IMG/VR virus record: IMGVR_UViG_3300024245_000007
Span: 1 to 24,208 of that record
Length of the DNA stretch: 24,208 nt
From: a virus
Taxonomy: Duplodnaviria > Caudoviricetes
Direction: 5' to 3' (one strand)
Shown one piece after another: positions 9,601 to 17,667 of this stretch; within the stretch, counting starts at the first letter, position 1, and each line of letters opens with the position of its first letter. The translations under genes and the position numbers were made by a program. The notes below the pieces were generated by a model, which was not told the DNA's origin, did no database searches, and was given only the letters and a program-made list of their open reading frames with translations.

Positions 9601-10585
9601 AATACATACGCGTGGCGTCAGACCTGAAGTCATCCACCTGTTTGTTTGCGTCTGCCCCTTCAATACCCGGTGTTTCTCGGATGGCTTTCTCGCCTGCCGC
9701 CAACTCGGCATCGTACTTTGTCGGATCAAGCCGTATGGCATTCACGTGCGGATCAGCCGCCGACCTTGCGCTGATCTGGCCCATGGCTGACGCTGTTGCC
9801 GCCAACGCGCCTTCAATCCGCATATAGTCTGGCGTGTCTAGCTGATCGGTCCAATATTTTGTATGCAGATCAGCTATTGCAGCTTGTAGGTCAGCCGGTG
9901 TCTTAGCACTTTTCTGTATTGTGCTAAAATGCATGATGGCGGCTTTGTTCTTGAGATCAAGTATTTTGACCTCTTTTTCATGCTGTGTCAGGCCAACCCG
10001 TTTGTTGATAGCATCCACACCGGCCGCCACCGCAGCCTCATGATCACTCGTCTTTATAAGCCCATGAGCACCTATGTCGTTTATTATCGTTGCCGTACCA
10101 CGGTCTAACTGTGTGTCGGCATCAGCCTCTGCCATCTTACTCTGAGCGACCGCATTGCTATCAATATACCCCTTCCCCTTCTCAAGAAGTGCCAGCCTAT
10201 ACTGCCGCTGCGCTGCCGCCGATGCACCAGTCGCGGCATACTCTTTTGTCTTCTCCTCGACAAATTTCATATAATCTTCTTGACCGGCTTCCACCAAGCC
10301 AGTACCCGATTTATCGGGGTAGTTGATTAAAAGGTCATTATTGCGCTTCTGGTATGAGCTACCAAGTAGGGCTGTCGCTACGCTTTCATCATCCCGTTGC
10401 GCCTTCTGCTTTGCCAGCAAGCCGGTGACTGCCGCGCCAAACTGTTGCAGCCCAGCGCCTACCTGTCCTAATGCCTCTGCCGCTGGCCCACCATATTGCT
10501 CGCCAGAACGCGCCGACATTGGTGTGCCGCGTTCCACGCTGATACGCTTGACATCAGCCGGTGCCGGGAGGGGTATCGCGGCCAT
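6602..10585 (-). CDS. Internal virion/ejection protein with M15-like peptidase and lysozyme-fold (Rpf-like) domains
   Basis: 1327 aa Ala-rich helical protein after the gp14-like gene. Central motifs SHAGGYDVD...RIGLY...VLHAG and FYDALSGFEARG...ARGYFQITDGTW...ASDAPYDVQKQVA. Confidence 0.8.
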   Translation of the reverse strand: MAAIPLPAPADVKRISVERGTPMSARSGEQYGGPAAEALGQVGAGLQQFGAAVTGLLAKQKAQRDDESVATALLGSSYQKRNNDLLINYPDKSGTGLVEAGQEDYMKFVEEKTKEYAATGASAAAQRQYRLALLEKGKGYIDSNAVAQSKMAEADADTQLDRGTATIINDIGAHGLIKTSDHEAAVAAGVDAINKRVGLTQHEKEVKILDLKNKAAIMHFSTIQKSAKTPADLQAAIADLHTKYWTDQLDTPDYMRIEGALAATASAMGQISARSAADPHVNAIRLDPTKYDAELAAGEKAIRETPGIEGADANKQVDDFRSDATRMYFEALAEAASTAGQEGLKSGKLKTSEEALKGIEEIKAELHKDPRWSATMTREQMDNLLGNLETRENGLNAVFNKVQSDLLAAHNAKVTDMRETLSSGMASIAERQTANQPVPQSEIQDALDLGAALIKEGGMTPALSRSYATIANKAKAQGIVANAKTVADLDAAAIAITNEGHHEFKVSPDGKTMVHTPTGKHSPGRTVSATGDTTGGYVNPAVGRHQPGGASVIKGDSDHVPVTANIRDATSLRGLQSQAYTAMEVASASAHSHGVVRLEVVAGRGAGHLSHAGGYDVDYIGFQADGSPWTPTQRAQVARDMMQKGGVDRIGLYEGGTHRNVLHAGISHAGFGPAMWGAGNLTGGAASRNYVDPESRKLLAEFSGGHATGGRFVVGTRGGGSFYDALSGFEARGQNVSNTDKKTSSGWARGYFQITDGTWSDNAGKGILAKYPTASDAPYDVQKQVADSLLMKRWAPETLDKMRAAGWTIDPDKTLAENAAANGGGPSGPGGGGITAGRADTLTVPPSSFTQAQHDQLQVVQTAREQMVKGLDTDLMTTGAKLLGVEVPQFGSPTYFKDAQQLYNKLVTTHNATTDQKKPFTVEQAAALATLFNSVGNNEQKAKMYAGIATWTPEMQKAAYKQVEQSAPFGAMVGGLYGDGKKDVALQAQHGEDLLKTASVNKFKIKWEEAMQTANTDVLGNVLRGTPDAGLTSIGIGKAELYKAIYAEKYGLDGDFNQAAYEQIVEQVEGGQFGTINGTRVLKPVGVEDGEWEAAQPLLMANPEVSTTHLTPMARDTRTGLPAPAIPSALANAHPIRTAIDTYQFLDDAGQWFVVQTPDGVQRYEAVLDAKTIKETAVRAFEQDRLENPYGRSGIPPFTGGPMIAPGIEQLMTPEPPAAPAAPAVDETIPPAAATPGGGNPTVPVTGAPPPPLPVKTRAVATPAAPAAPAAPVKPLPLSKEGQATLDDTVSRYEATLRRSGASDETVKRLSSEFSAMMRERLVRTAH

Positions 10586-11044
10586 TTATGCCATCCTGCT
10601 ATAGCTGTCTATTCCACTGCTAACACCACTCAGTATGCCAGCCACAAGGCTGAGCGGTGCTGCATCACGCTGGGAACTTGCACCCATACGTTCCGATGCT
10701 GCTTTGTCTAATTGTTCAATCTCAGCTAGCCTACCACGATAGCCAATACTCTCCACACCCAATTCTTTCTCTTTAAGCGTGTCGAATGTCAGGTCAGTGG
10801 CTGATCCTGTGAATGATAAGCCCATATTTGCAAACATACCCCGTATGCTTGCCATTTCTCGCACATCAGCATCCCGCTGATTTGCTATCGTCACTGCCGT
10901 CTGTTGACGTATGATCCCAGCGTTGCGATCAGCTACGGCTGCATTGTAATCATGGGCTTCGGCTTCGGCTTGGTGCGCCTGCATGGCCCCGACGCCCTGC
11001 ACGATCCCGCCGACTACCCCGAGAACTGCGCCTATCGCGCCCAC
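10586..11044 (-). CDS. Small internal virion protein (T7 gp14-like)
   Basis: 152 aa, GTG start with GAGGG RBS. Hydrophobic Gly/Ala N-terminus (GAVLGVVGGIVQGVG), Ala/Gln helix and G.S..GSA.D motif; syntenic position. Confidence 0.75.
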   Translation of the reverse strand: MGAIGAVLGVVGGIVQGVGAMQAHQAEAEAHDYNAAVADRNAGIIRQQTAVTIANQRDADVREMASIRGMFANMGLSFTGSATDLTFDTLKEKELGVESIGYRGRLAEIEQLDKAASERMGASSQRDAAPLSLVAGILSGVSSGIDSYSRMA

Positions 11045-11057
11045 AGGCGTTTTCCCT

Positions 11058-11486
11058 CTATTCGTGCTTTAGGCGAGTGAACAAATACGCGGTTGAACCA
11101 TCCGGGTAGAAGCTTGGGAGCCTCGCCTCGCGCTCAAAGCCCAAAAGCAGTGCCAGACGACACCCCGCCGCAAAACTCTCACGCACGGTCATCTCCACCC
11201 GGTTTCCCGGCCATGTGGCGAGGACAAAGCGAAGTTTTCGAGCGATCGCTGGCATCGCAGGCCCCGAATGCTTACCTAAAAGCGACCAAGCGAAGGCTCT
11301 ACCCGTCCAGATGGGCCTTATGCCTGCCGCAGCAACGCATTGGTCGTTTACCCAACAAGACATGGCCAACGAGTTGGCCACAACGTCGTCATCGATCTGT
11401 TCAGCCCATACTTTTTCATCAGTCTGAGCATCTTGCGGCTCGATCAGCTTGATATGCCATGCCTGACACGGCAAAAACCTGATCAA
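11058..11486 (-). CDS. GNAT-fold protein (T7 gp13-like position)
   Basis: 142 aa. AAAG...W.G..AW and RVE..V...F..G.RLA..LGFERE patterns of the acetyltransferase fold. Directly follows tail tubular B with a 4-nt overlap and GGAGGA RBS. Confidence 0.8.
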   Translation of the reverse strand: MIRFLPCQAWHIKLIEPQDAQTDEKVWAEQIDDDVVANSLAMSCWVNDQCVAAAGIRPIWTGRAFAWSLLGKHSGPAMPAIARKLRFVLATWPGNRVEMTVRESFAAGCRLALLLGFEREARLPSFYPDGSTAYLFTRLKHE

Positions 11487-14400
11487 CGCTCATCCTCCAC
11501 GTATGTCTGTGGGTATACACCCACGACATTGAATGGAACCGGGTCTGTTTGCCTGAACCTGACCGTTCCAAGCGTCCCATAACCACCCGGCAGCACGGTG
11601 GTGTTGCTCAGTGCAGTTCTGAGCGTCGTAGTTGGCACCATACCGTTTGCCGGGTAGTTATACTCGATTGGCGTCCACATGAGTTCGCCGTGATCCTCGT
11701 CCCAACGGCCAACTTCACCCCCGGCGCTCTGCCACAGCCTCATAACCACGCTGTGAGGGCGTTTACTCTTGCCCTGCGCGGTTCCATCCTGTGCGCCTAG
11801 CTCGGACGCGATGATTTCACCTTCCATGACGAGGGGCAGACCCACGACAATGGTGGTCGCTGGCCTATCAAGCTGGAGCATACCATTCGTGACCGGTCCA
11901 ACGGAGCTATAAACGATGTCATCAGCCAGCACGGTCAGTAGCTGACCTTCCATATGCCTCAGACCATACACCTTATCAGTAGGATTAGTACCATAATACC
12001 GCAGAGAGCTATCAACCATTGTGGCATCGTCGCTAAGCTCGTCTCCAAAATCCCAAAACCTAAACAAACGCTCGATGTAGTGAACGTCCTGACCATCGAC
12101 AGTCCTCATGACCACCATCCAGAGGCTATCTTGCTGGTCTGTTGGGCTGTTGACAGTACATAGGTCTTTCACGGAGCCACCAAAATCGTGCCTATGACCC
12201 CCAAATATGTCATCGTCGTTGGAGTAGGTCATTGCAGCGACTGATCCGTCCACGCGTCGGCCCCAAATGACGCTGTGCGGCTCTTGCTGATACACGACTT
12301 GGACAACTTCCGGCTCCATCAAGTGGCCACCCATCTTACTCATCAGAGGCGCGTGGTAGGAACCAGCCACATCCGCCGCACTTGTTCTGAATGTGTGGGA
12401 ATAAAGCGCACGTCGGCTCTTCTGGAGGAATACCACGTCATTATCAACTATCGCAGGCTCATGTATCGCACTGCCGCGCTTGGTGGTCGTACGGGCTTTC
12501 ATGTTTCTGGCACTCAATGCCTGATCAGTCGGGGCTGTCAGGATGAACTCGTACTTGCCCGTACCCACGCGCAAGGCTTCTTCCGCCGACTTGATCCACA
12601 CTATGCGTGACATATACCGGTTATTGGCCCGCGCAACGATTGCGTGGGTGTCAAGCACTTCATCAAACACGCTTGACTGCTGAAAGAAGGTGTGATTACC
12701 CGTAAAAGACCCAACCACGGTGTCGGGGAAACCTTTTGCCCCTCCGACAAACAGCCTGTCTTCATGGATACACCCACACGTGGGGTAGCCCGTCGTGTCT
12801 GACCACAGCCCAAGCCGCCAGAACTTGACTTGGGCTTCCAAGATCAGCGGGTCTTTGGTCAGGCTGAGCGTTATGTGTGTCGGATCAGTGACGGCAGAGA
12901 TTTTCACCCAGCGCCAAAACTCGTCCGCATCGCGAAGACGTATTAGCCTGCCAACATCTGTCGGTAAAAAGCCGCGCCCGTCGTTTATGCCCACTTTGCT
13001 CGTTGCGCGAAGGGTGACGGGTGGCGTGTCTGGCGATGACATGACCAGCTTGCCAACACGTGGGTTGATATTCCCCGGCTTCTGGACTGTCGTTATCCTG
13101 AGACGATACCGCTTGTATACGGCTGGGTTCTTGAGCGGAAAATATTGTGAACGGTAGTTGCCCCAAGCTGTGTAGTTCTGCCGTGTATCCAGTATCTTCC
13201 AATCCGTGGTGCTGGCCGCACTTGGCGAACCCTCGAAATACCACGTCTTGGGTGCGTGATCGATCACGTCTTGGGTCTTATTGTATCGTCCAAGATAGAT
13301 CGTATAGCCATCAACTACCTTTGGCCCACCAAATCCGTAGCTCATTTGCACCTGAGACAGCCCACCCCGGTTGGGTGTCAAAGCCGTCGTCGTATACCGT
13401 GGCACATAACCCTTCTTGCCGGGTGTGCCGACAGCCGGGTGAACCACCGTCACATGCTGCCGATTGACCGCTGTTATGTTTATGCGGTAAAAACGAAAAG
13501 CGGCTGGTGAGGCTACGTGAAAAACGCGTTGCTGCCCACTATCCCACGTCCAACCAACGCGATTGTCCACCGTCGTCCATGGACCGGTCGCGCTGTTTCC
13601 GCCTTGTAGCTGCCAATCGCGGGGCGCGTACTCCTCCCGGTTAAGGCTGGCTCGCAGTATGTAGGAAAGCACTGTGTTGGACGAACCAAGATCGACTTGC
13701 CACCACTCGGGCAATGCCGCGCCTGAGTGCCAATCCGTACCGCCATTCGCGTCCGACAAGTGCCATGGAGCCATACCGGGTTCAGAACTGCTTGAAGATA
13801 TGGTCATTGGCCCGGATGTTGCGGCACTGAACACCGGTAGCTGGTTCACAAACCCTGTTTCAAAGGCATATACGAGTATACCTGATTGCGATACATTACT
13901 CTCCCAATAGCTATCAAGGTTGCCATCAAATGCACGCCACGCCTCATGACCGGCAATCTGTGAACTTGCCGAAGCATCACCGGTTGGTAGGCTGGGTCCG
14001 GTCATGTCGGGAACCCACGTGCCTTTGCCCGTAGGTATCATGAACGTATCTTCGATATTTATGTCCATATATGGACCGTCTCGCAACGGTATACGCGTAA
14101 GTGGCCAGTTAAAAGTATCCAGCCGCTGAAGCTGATACATGGGGTAGTCGCCAGTACCGTTGGCCTTGAAGCAGAACAAATAGCAAATATTCAACTCTTG
14201 GACTAATCGTATGTTCTGCACATCGTCACGGGGGTACGGGGTGACTACCTCATACACCACCGCTGCCACCGCCGAGTTGGGAGCGTATAAACCCGCATTG
14301 GCCACATAATCCGTAGTGACAACGGACCCAGCCACGTTAGTCACTTTGGCAACCACGCCGTTGACATTGTACGTTGCTGGGAATTTGCTGAAAACAACAC

Positions 14401-14779
14401 TCTCGCCCACAACTACATCCGTACCGGGCGCGGTATACGTGAACGGGTTAATGCTGTTGATTGCCGAAACTACCGCTTCACGGTGTGCATACACACCACC
14501 GTACTCGAAATAAAAACGTAGCTTATAGTGGCTGAACTCCAGTATGAGGGCTTCGTCCTCGTTGTACTCGAAATCCAGTAGTTTCGATGGGTAGGCTGGC
14601 TCAGCGCACTTGTTCTCAAAGAATGTGCCTGACCGGCCTATGGCCGGTCCTGTGCGACAGGGAACCATATTGGACAGATACCGCATACCGCGCACATAGC
14701 GGTCTATGTCGGTTCTGCCTTCAGCTAGTGGAGATAGCTCGCCTTCAAAGATGTTTTGTTGCGTGGACGCCTTCGCCAT
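11483..14779 (-). CDS. Tail tubular protein B / nozzle (T7 gp12-like) with inserted discoidin domains
   Basis: Start re-called at MAKASTQQNIFEGELSP (ATG 14779, TAATG overlap, GGAG RBS), 1098 aa. F.GELSP...GRTD..RY N-terminus, WRLGLWS..TGYP...HEDRL, YQQEP..VIW and Q.DP.PF.V C-terminus are typical of this family. Confidence 0.9.
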   Translation of the reverse strand: MAKASTQQNIFEGELSPLAEGRTDIDRYVRGMRYLSNMVPCRTGPAIGRSGTFFENKCAEPAYPSKLLDFEYNEDEALILEFSHYKLRFYFEYGGVYAHREAVVSAINSINPFTYTAPGTDVVVGESVVFSKFPATYNVNGVVAKVTNVAGSVVTTDYVANAGLYAPNSAVAAVVYEVVTPYPRDDVQNIRLVQELNICYLFCFKANGTGDYPMYQLQRLDTFNWPLTRIPLRDGPYMDINIEDTFMIPTGKGTWVPDMTGPSLPTGDASASSQIAGHEAWRAFDGNLDSYWESNVSQSGILVYAFETGFVNQLPVFSAATSGPMTISSSSSEPGMAPWHLSDANGGTDWHSGAALPEWWQVDLGSSNTVLSYILRASLNREEYAPRDWQLQGGNSATGPWTTVDNRVGWTWDSGQQRVFHVASPAAFRFYRINITAVNRQHVTVVHPAVGTPGKKGYVPRYTTTALTPNRGGLSQVQMSYGFGGPKVVDGYTIYLGRYNKTQDVIDHAPKTWYFEGSPSAASTTDWKILDTRQNYTAWGNYRSQYFPLKNPAVYKRYRLRITTVQKPGNINPRVGKLVMSSPDTPPVTLRATSKVGINDGRGFLPTDVGRLIRLRDADEFWRWVKISAVTDPTHITLSLTKDPLILEAQVKFWRLGLWSDTTGYPTCGCIHEDRLFVGGAKGFPDTVVGSFTGNHTFFQQSSVFDEVLDTHAIVARANNRYMSRIVWIKSAEEALRVGTGKYEFILTAPTDQALSARNMKARTTTKRGSAIHEPAIVDNDVVFLQKSRRALYSHTFRTSAADVAGSYHAPLMSKMGGHLMEPEVVQVVYQQEPHSVIWGRRVDGSVAAMTYSNDDDIFGGHRHDFGGSVKDLCTVNSPTDQQDSLWMVVMRTVDGQDVHYIERLFRFWDFGDELSDDATMVDSSLRYYGTNPTDKVYGLRHMEGQLLTVLADDIVYSSVGPVTNGMLQLDRPATTIVVGLPLVMEGEIIASELGAQDGTAQGKSKRPHSVVMRLWQSAGGEVGRWDEDHGELMWTPIEYNYPANGMVPTTTLRTALSNTTVLPGGYGTLGTVRFRQTDPVPFNVVGVYPQTYVEDER

Positions 14780-15375
14780 TACAAACCGCTCCACTCGGGC
14801 TGTGCGCGGGCATTGTCCCACGTGTAGGCGCTATCGTCGCCGCCAGTTTCATGTGGCTCAAGGGTGAACGCATTCATGCGCCCAGCCTCGTCTTCGGCGT
14901 CCTTGAGCATGACCACCGCATCCCGCTTCTTGCCCGGTGATTGGCTAGCTAGCTCGGCACACTCGACTGCCACCCGGCACGCCAACACGTCCACAAAGGA
15001 CACGTCTGTCAGTTCATTGTCGGGAACGTTGCGAATGTACTCCAAATTGATCAAGTTAGTGTAGTCATACAGGAACTGCCCACGTTGCACCCACGTGGTG
15101 TTCTTTTGCCTGATTGGCCTCAGCATGTCACCGGGTACGGCGAACTTGTACATTCGCCCATCTGACGGGCTTACTACGGTGGTGGTCAGTGCTGACAGGC
15201 TTAATAGCGTCGTTGCAAACACCCAGCGGCGCTTCTTAATCTCACTGGCTTTCCACTGGGGGTATTCACTCGCACACTTGACTTCCAGCGTGCTGACCGG
15301 TGGTGATAAGTTGTTTACGCGTGAAGCCCCAAGTTTGCCTAGACCCTGATTACACACGTCTTTCATGGTAGGCAT
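14779..15375 (-). CDS. Tail tubular protein A / adaptor (T7 gp11-like)
   Basis: Start re-called at MPTMKDVCNQGLGKLG (ATG 15375, GGGAG RBS), 198 aa. CN..L..LG, W.FA, P.D.LR and F.DVLA..VA motifs. Confidence 0.88.
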   Translation of the reverse strand: MPTMKDVCNQGLGKLGASRVNNLSPPVSTLEVKCASEYPQWKASEIKKRRWVFATTLLSLSALTTTVVSPSDGRMYKFAVPGDMLRPIRQKNTTWVQRGQFLYDYTNLINLEYIRNVPDNELTDVSFVDVLACRVAVECAELASQSPGKKRDAVVMLKDAEDEAGRMNAFTLEPHETGGDDSAYTWDNARAQPEWSGL

Positions 15376-15410
15376 TCTTGGGACTCCCGCTTCGTAGCGC
15401 CCGTCGTCTA

Positions 15411-15890
15411 CTACTCGTAGATGTAGGCGTACATCACTTCCAAGGTTGCCGCAGCCGGGACGCCCGCGCCCGCCAGCGTAGCGATCACGTCCACCCCGGC
15501 GAGGCTGTAGAAATCCCACTTCATCAGCGTGGCGGACCACGGCAGACGCCCACCAGCCGCCGCCACGGTCAAAGCTGCCGCCAACGCGTTGTTGCTGGCT
15601 GGCTCCATGCCGTCGTTGGCAACGTTGCCATCCTGCTTGGACCGATACGTGGCATAGCCGATATTGATCACCGCACCGGCACCGAACGCCGACGATGAAT
15701 AGAAGCAACCCGGATACCAAAGCCTTACCGCACCGGGCGGAAGCCTTCCTAGATTGAACGTGCTGCCGATATCGCCAAGAATGGCTGTCGTGAATTTCTT
15801 GTAGATCGTCCGCAGCTTGCCATGCTCGTCAATCGGTCGCTTGATAGCGGTTGGTGCCGCACTAAGCGGATCATAGACCTGAATAGCCAT
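15411..15890 (-). CDS. Putative capsid cement/decoration protein
   Basis: 159 aa beta-rich protein with an LPPGA motif directly downstream of the capsid gene; AAGGAA RBS. Function inferred from position and composition. Confidence 0.6.
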   Translation of the reverse strand: MAIQVYDPLSAAPTAIKRPIDEHGKLRTIYKKFTTAILGDIGSTFNLGRLPPGAVRLWYPGCFYSSSAFGAGAVINIGYATYRSKQDGNVANDGMEPASNNALAAALTVAAAGGRLPWSATLMKWDFYSLAGVDVIATLAGAGVPAAATLEVMYAYIYE

Positions 15891-15909
15891 TTGTCAGTTC
15901 CTTGTGTCG

Positions 15910-15943
15910 AACAAACATCCGGTGGGCGTGATTGCCCACCGGA
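15910..15943 (-). terminator. Intrinsic terminator after the major capsid gene
   Basis: Perfect 10-bp stem tccggtgggc/gcccaccgga (15918-15943) with a 6-nt loop, followed on the minus strand by UGUUUGUU. Same position as T7 T-phi. Confidence 0.75.
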
Positions 15944-15960
15944 CAGCCCGGTGCCACAGT

Positions 15961-16893
15961 TTATGGCGTGACGCTCTCGTCCCAGTCCAGTGCAAACACC
16001 TTGTCTTCTTCCAGCCGCACCGCGCCTGCCGTGAAGGTGGCGTGGATTTGCTTGATGTTATTCTTGTCAGGACGGTTGCTGATCGTGATCGTCAAGTCCT
16101 GCCAAGTACCATACTGCATTCCATCCGGCACCCAGCACGGGGAATGCCGTACGGTAGTCGATCCCGCTACGTACGGGATACCCCTACCATTGTAGTCCTC
16201 GTATGGGATCAGGTTGAACCCCATGAAGTAGTTGATCTCGCCATCCACCAATGCCTTGATTGCGGCATAGTCGGACGATGTGGTGGTCCCGACGCCTGCG
16301 GCGTTGGTATCCCCCAAGAGGTCATCAATGCCTTCGGCGTTGATCAGAATACCCGGCTTGATCGAGCGCAGATCAAGGTTGCGCTTCTTCATCAGCTTGC
16401 GAAGCGACCGCAGCTTGGCGACGGTGAAGCCGGTCGAGCCAACGGCTACCGTATTCGCCGCCTTGTAGGACATGGTGACGTTGGCGTCTTTGCCTGCCTT
16501 AGCGTCTGCAAAGAACGCGTCCACCACGATCTGGTCACGCCGACGCTCATGCGCCTGCCTGAACCGCTCGACATAGGGTGAAGTCGGATCGTAGATCATC
16601 TTCAACGTGTCAAGCCTGTCGATCAGGACTGCCACGTCGTATTCCTGTCCGCTAATCCAGCGGCTGGTGTGTTCGAGTTCCGTCAGCTTCGTATCACTGT
16701 AAACAGTGTCACGAATGATGAACTCAACTGGTCCGATGAAGTTGACCACCTGAACACGTTCGCCGGAATAGCTGCCATGTGCCACATACGGGAACACAAG
16801 ACCGCCAGCACGGGCAATCGTTGCACGGATATTGTCCGTGAACATATACACGTGTGCTTCAGGGATTGAATATTGAGCTATTGTTTCGGGCAT
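15961..16893 (-). CDS. Major capsid protein
   Basis: 310 aa. D..D.LK...DP.SPY, SSDY..IKALVDGEI..FMGF and GAVRLEEDKV motifs of podovirus HK97-fold capsids. Follows the scaffold region; GGAG RBS. Confidence 0.92.
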   Translation of the reverse strand: MPETIAQYSIPEAHVYMFTDNIRATIARAGGLVFPYVAHGSYSGERVQVVNFIGPVEFIIRDTVYSDTKLTELEHTSRWISGQEYDVAVLIDRLDTLKMIYDPTSPYVERFRQAHERRRDQIVVDAFFADAKAGKDANVTMSYKAANTVAVGSTGFTVAKLRSLRKLMKKRNLDLRSIKPGILINAEGIDDLLGDTNAAGVGTTTSSDYAAIKALVDGEINYFMGFNLIPYEDYNGRGIPYVAGSTTVRHSPCWVPDGMQYGTWQDLTITISNRPDKNNIKQIHATFTAGAVRLEEDKVFALDWDESVTP

Positions 16894-17004
16894 CTGCCCT
16901 GTCTCCGGTGCTTTGTCAGCGCACGCCGCGTGAACGTCACGCTGACGGGTTGATCTTCAAGCTGTGGATGACAGGAGGTGTCCGAGTAGGCTCCCGCGAA
17001 TTAC

Positions 17005-17033
17005 GCTATAAACGCGTTTGCCAGACAAGGCAA
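17005..17033 (-). promoter_or_regulatory. Putative sigma70-type promoter for the capsid gene
   Basis: Minus strand TTGCCT-N17-TATAGC; the spacer ends in AACGCGTT. Confidence 0.5.
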
Positions 17034-17069
17034 GGGGACCGGGGATGACTAGTATTTCCCGATCCCCTT
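17024..17069 (-). terminator. Hairpin, possible terminator upstream of the capsid promoter
   Basis: 12-bp stem AAGGGGAUCGGG/CCCGGUCCCCUU (one U-G pair; 17032-17069) followed by a weak U-containing tail GCCUUGUCU. Confidence 0.45.
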
Positions 17070-17130
17070 TACCGCTCACGGCTCAGTGCGATAAGCCATG
17101 AACTAGCCCGCAAGCCCCATTGGCTAAGGC

Positions 17131-17658
17131 TTACGGGAGTGGCGGCGGCTCCGGTGGCTGATACCCACCCGGAATGGGCGATTGCTCATACAGAGCCGCA
17201 GTCTCGCCCGGTATCGCGTCGTTCCGCATCAGTTCGTGATTGGTCGCCGACGCGTAGGGCGTGGCGGGCTGCACGGTTGGCGGTTCGTCGCCGGTCGCCT
17301 GTTGCTCTGGCGTGCCAGCCGTCTTATGCACGGTATCATACATTTCCATCACGTCTTCAGGCGGGTCTTCAAACTTGTCACGCAACGCCGCCCGTTCATC
17401 CCGGCTCAGGTTCTGCCACCACGCAAGAGCCTGTTCCTGCGTTGCCGGTTTCAACGCACCATTCTCTTCGTGCGTCTCCATATACGCCGCGAGAATATCA
17501 TCGTTAGTTGGTGCATACGGCGAAGTGAACTTGTCGCGGAAAGGGTCTTGCTCAGTGTTGGTGAGATTGTACCACCACTGCTCAGCCTTCTCCATATTGG
17601 CATCCACCGTGCTGTCTTTCACGGTGGTCTTATTCTTTGTCGTCCCTTTTGCTGCCAT
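17131..17658 (-). CDS. Hypothetical protein with two internal ~38-aa repeats
   Basis: 175 aa, strong AGGAG RBS, co-oriented between scaffold and capsid. Repeat WWxNLxxxExxxxRDKF. Confidence 0.8.
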   Translation of the reverse strand: MAAKGTTKNKTTVKDSTVDANMEKAEQWWYNLTNTEQDPFRDKFTSPYAPTNDDILAAYMETHEENGALKPATQEQALAWWQNLSRDERAALRDKFEDPPEDVMEMYDTVHKTAGTPEQQATGDEPPTVQPATPYASATNHELMRNDAIPGETAALYEQSPIPGGYQPPEPPPLP

Positions 17659-17667
17659 GGTCTTCTC

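Noticed and set aside
15376-15720. N-terminal extension of the 313-aa ORF 14779..15720
   Set aside because: It overlaps the 159-aa gene in another frame. Tubular-A similarity and an RBS begin only at ATG 15375.
15944-15990. T7 10A/10B-style capsid frameshift or read-through
   Set aside because: No slippery sequence is seen near the capsid stop, and a terminator-like hairpin follows directly.
16894-17130. Known self-cleaving ribozyme or tRNA in the capsid upstream region
   Set aside because: No hammerhead CUGANGA/GAAA core or tRNA T-loop pattern found by eye; reported only as an unclassified structure.
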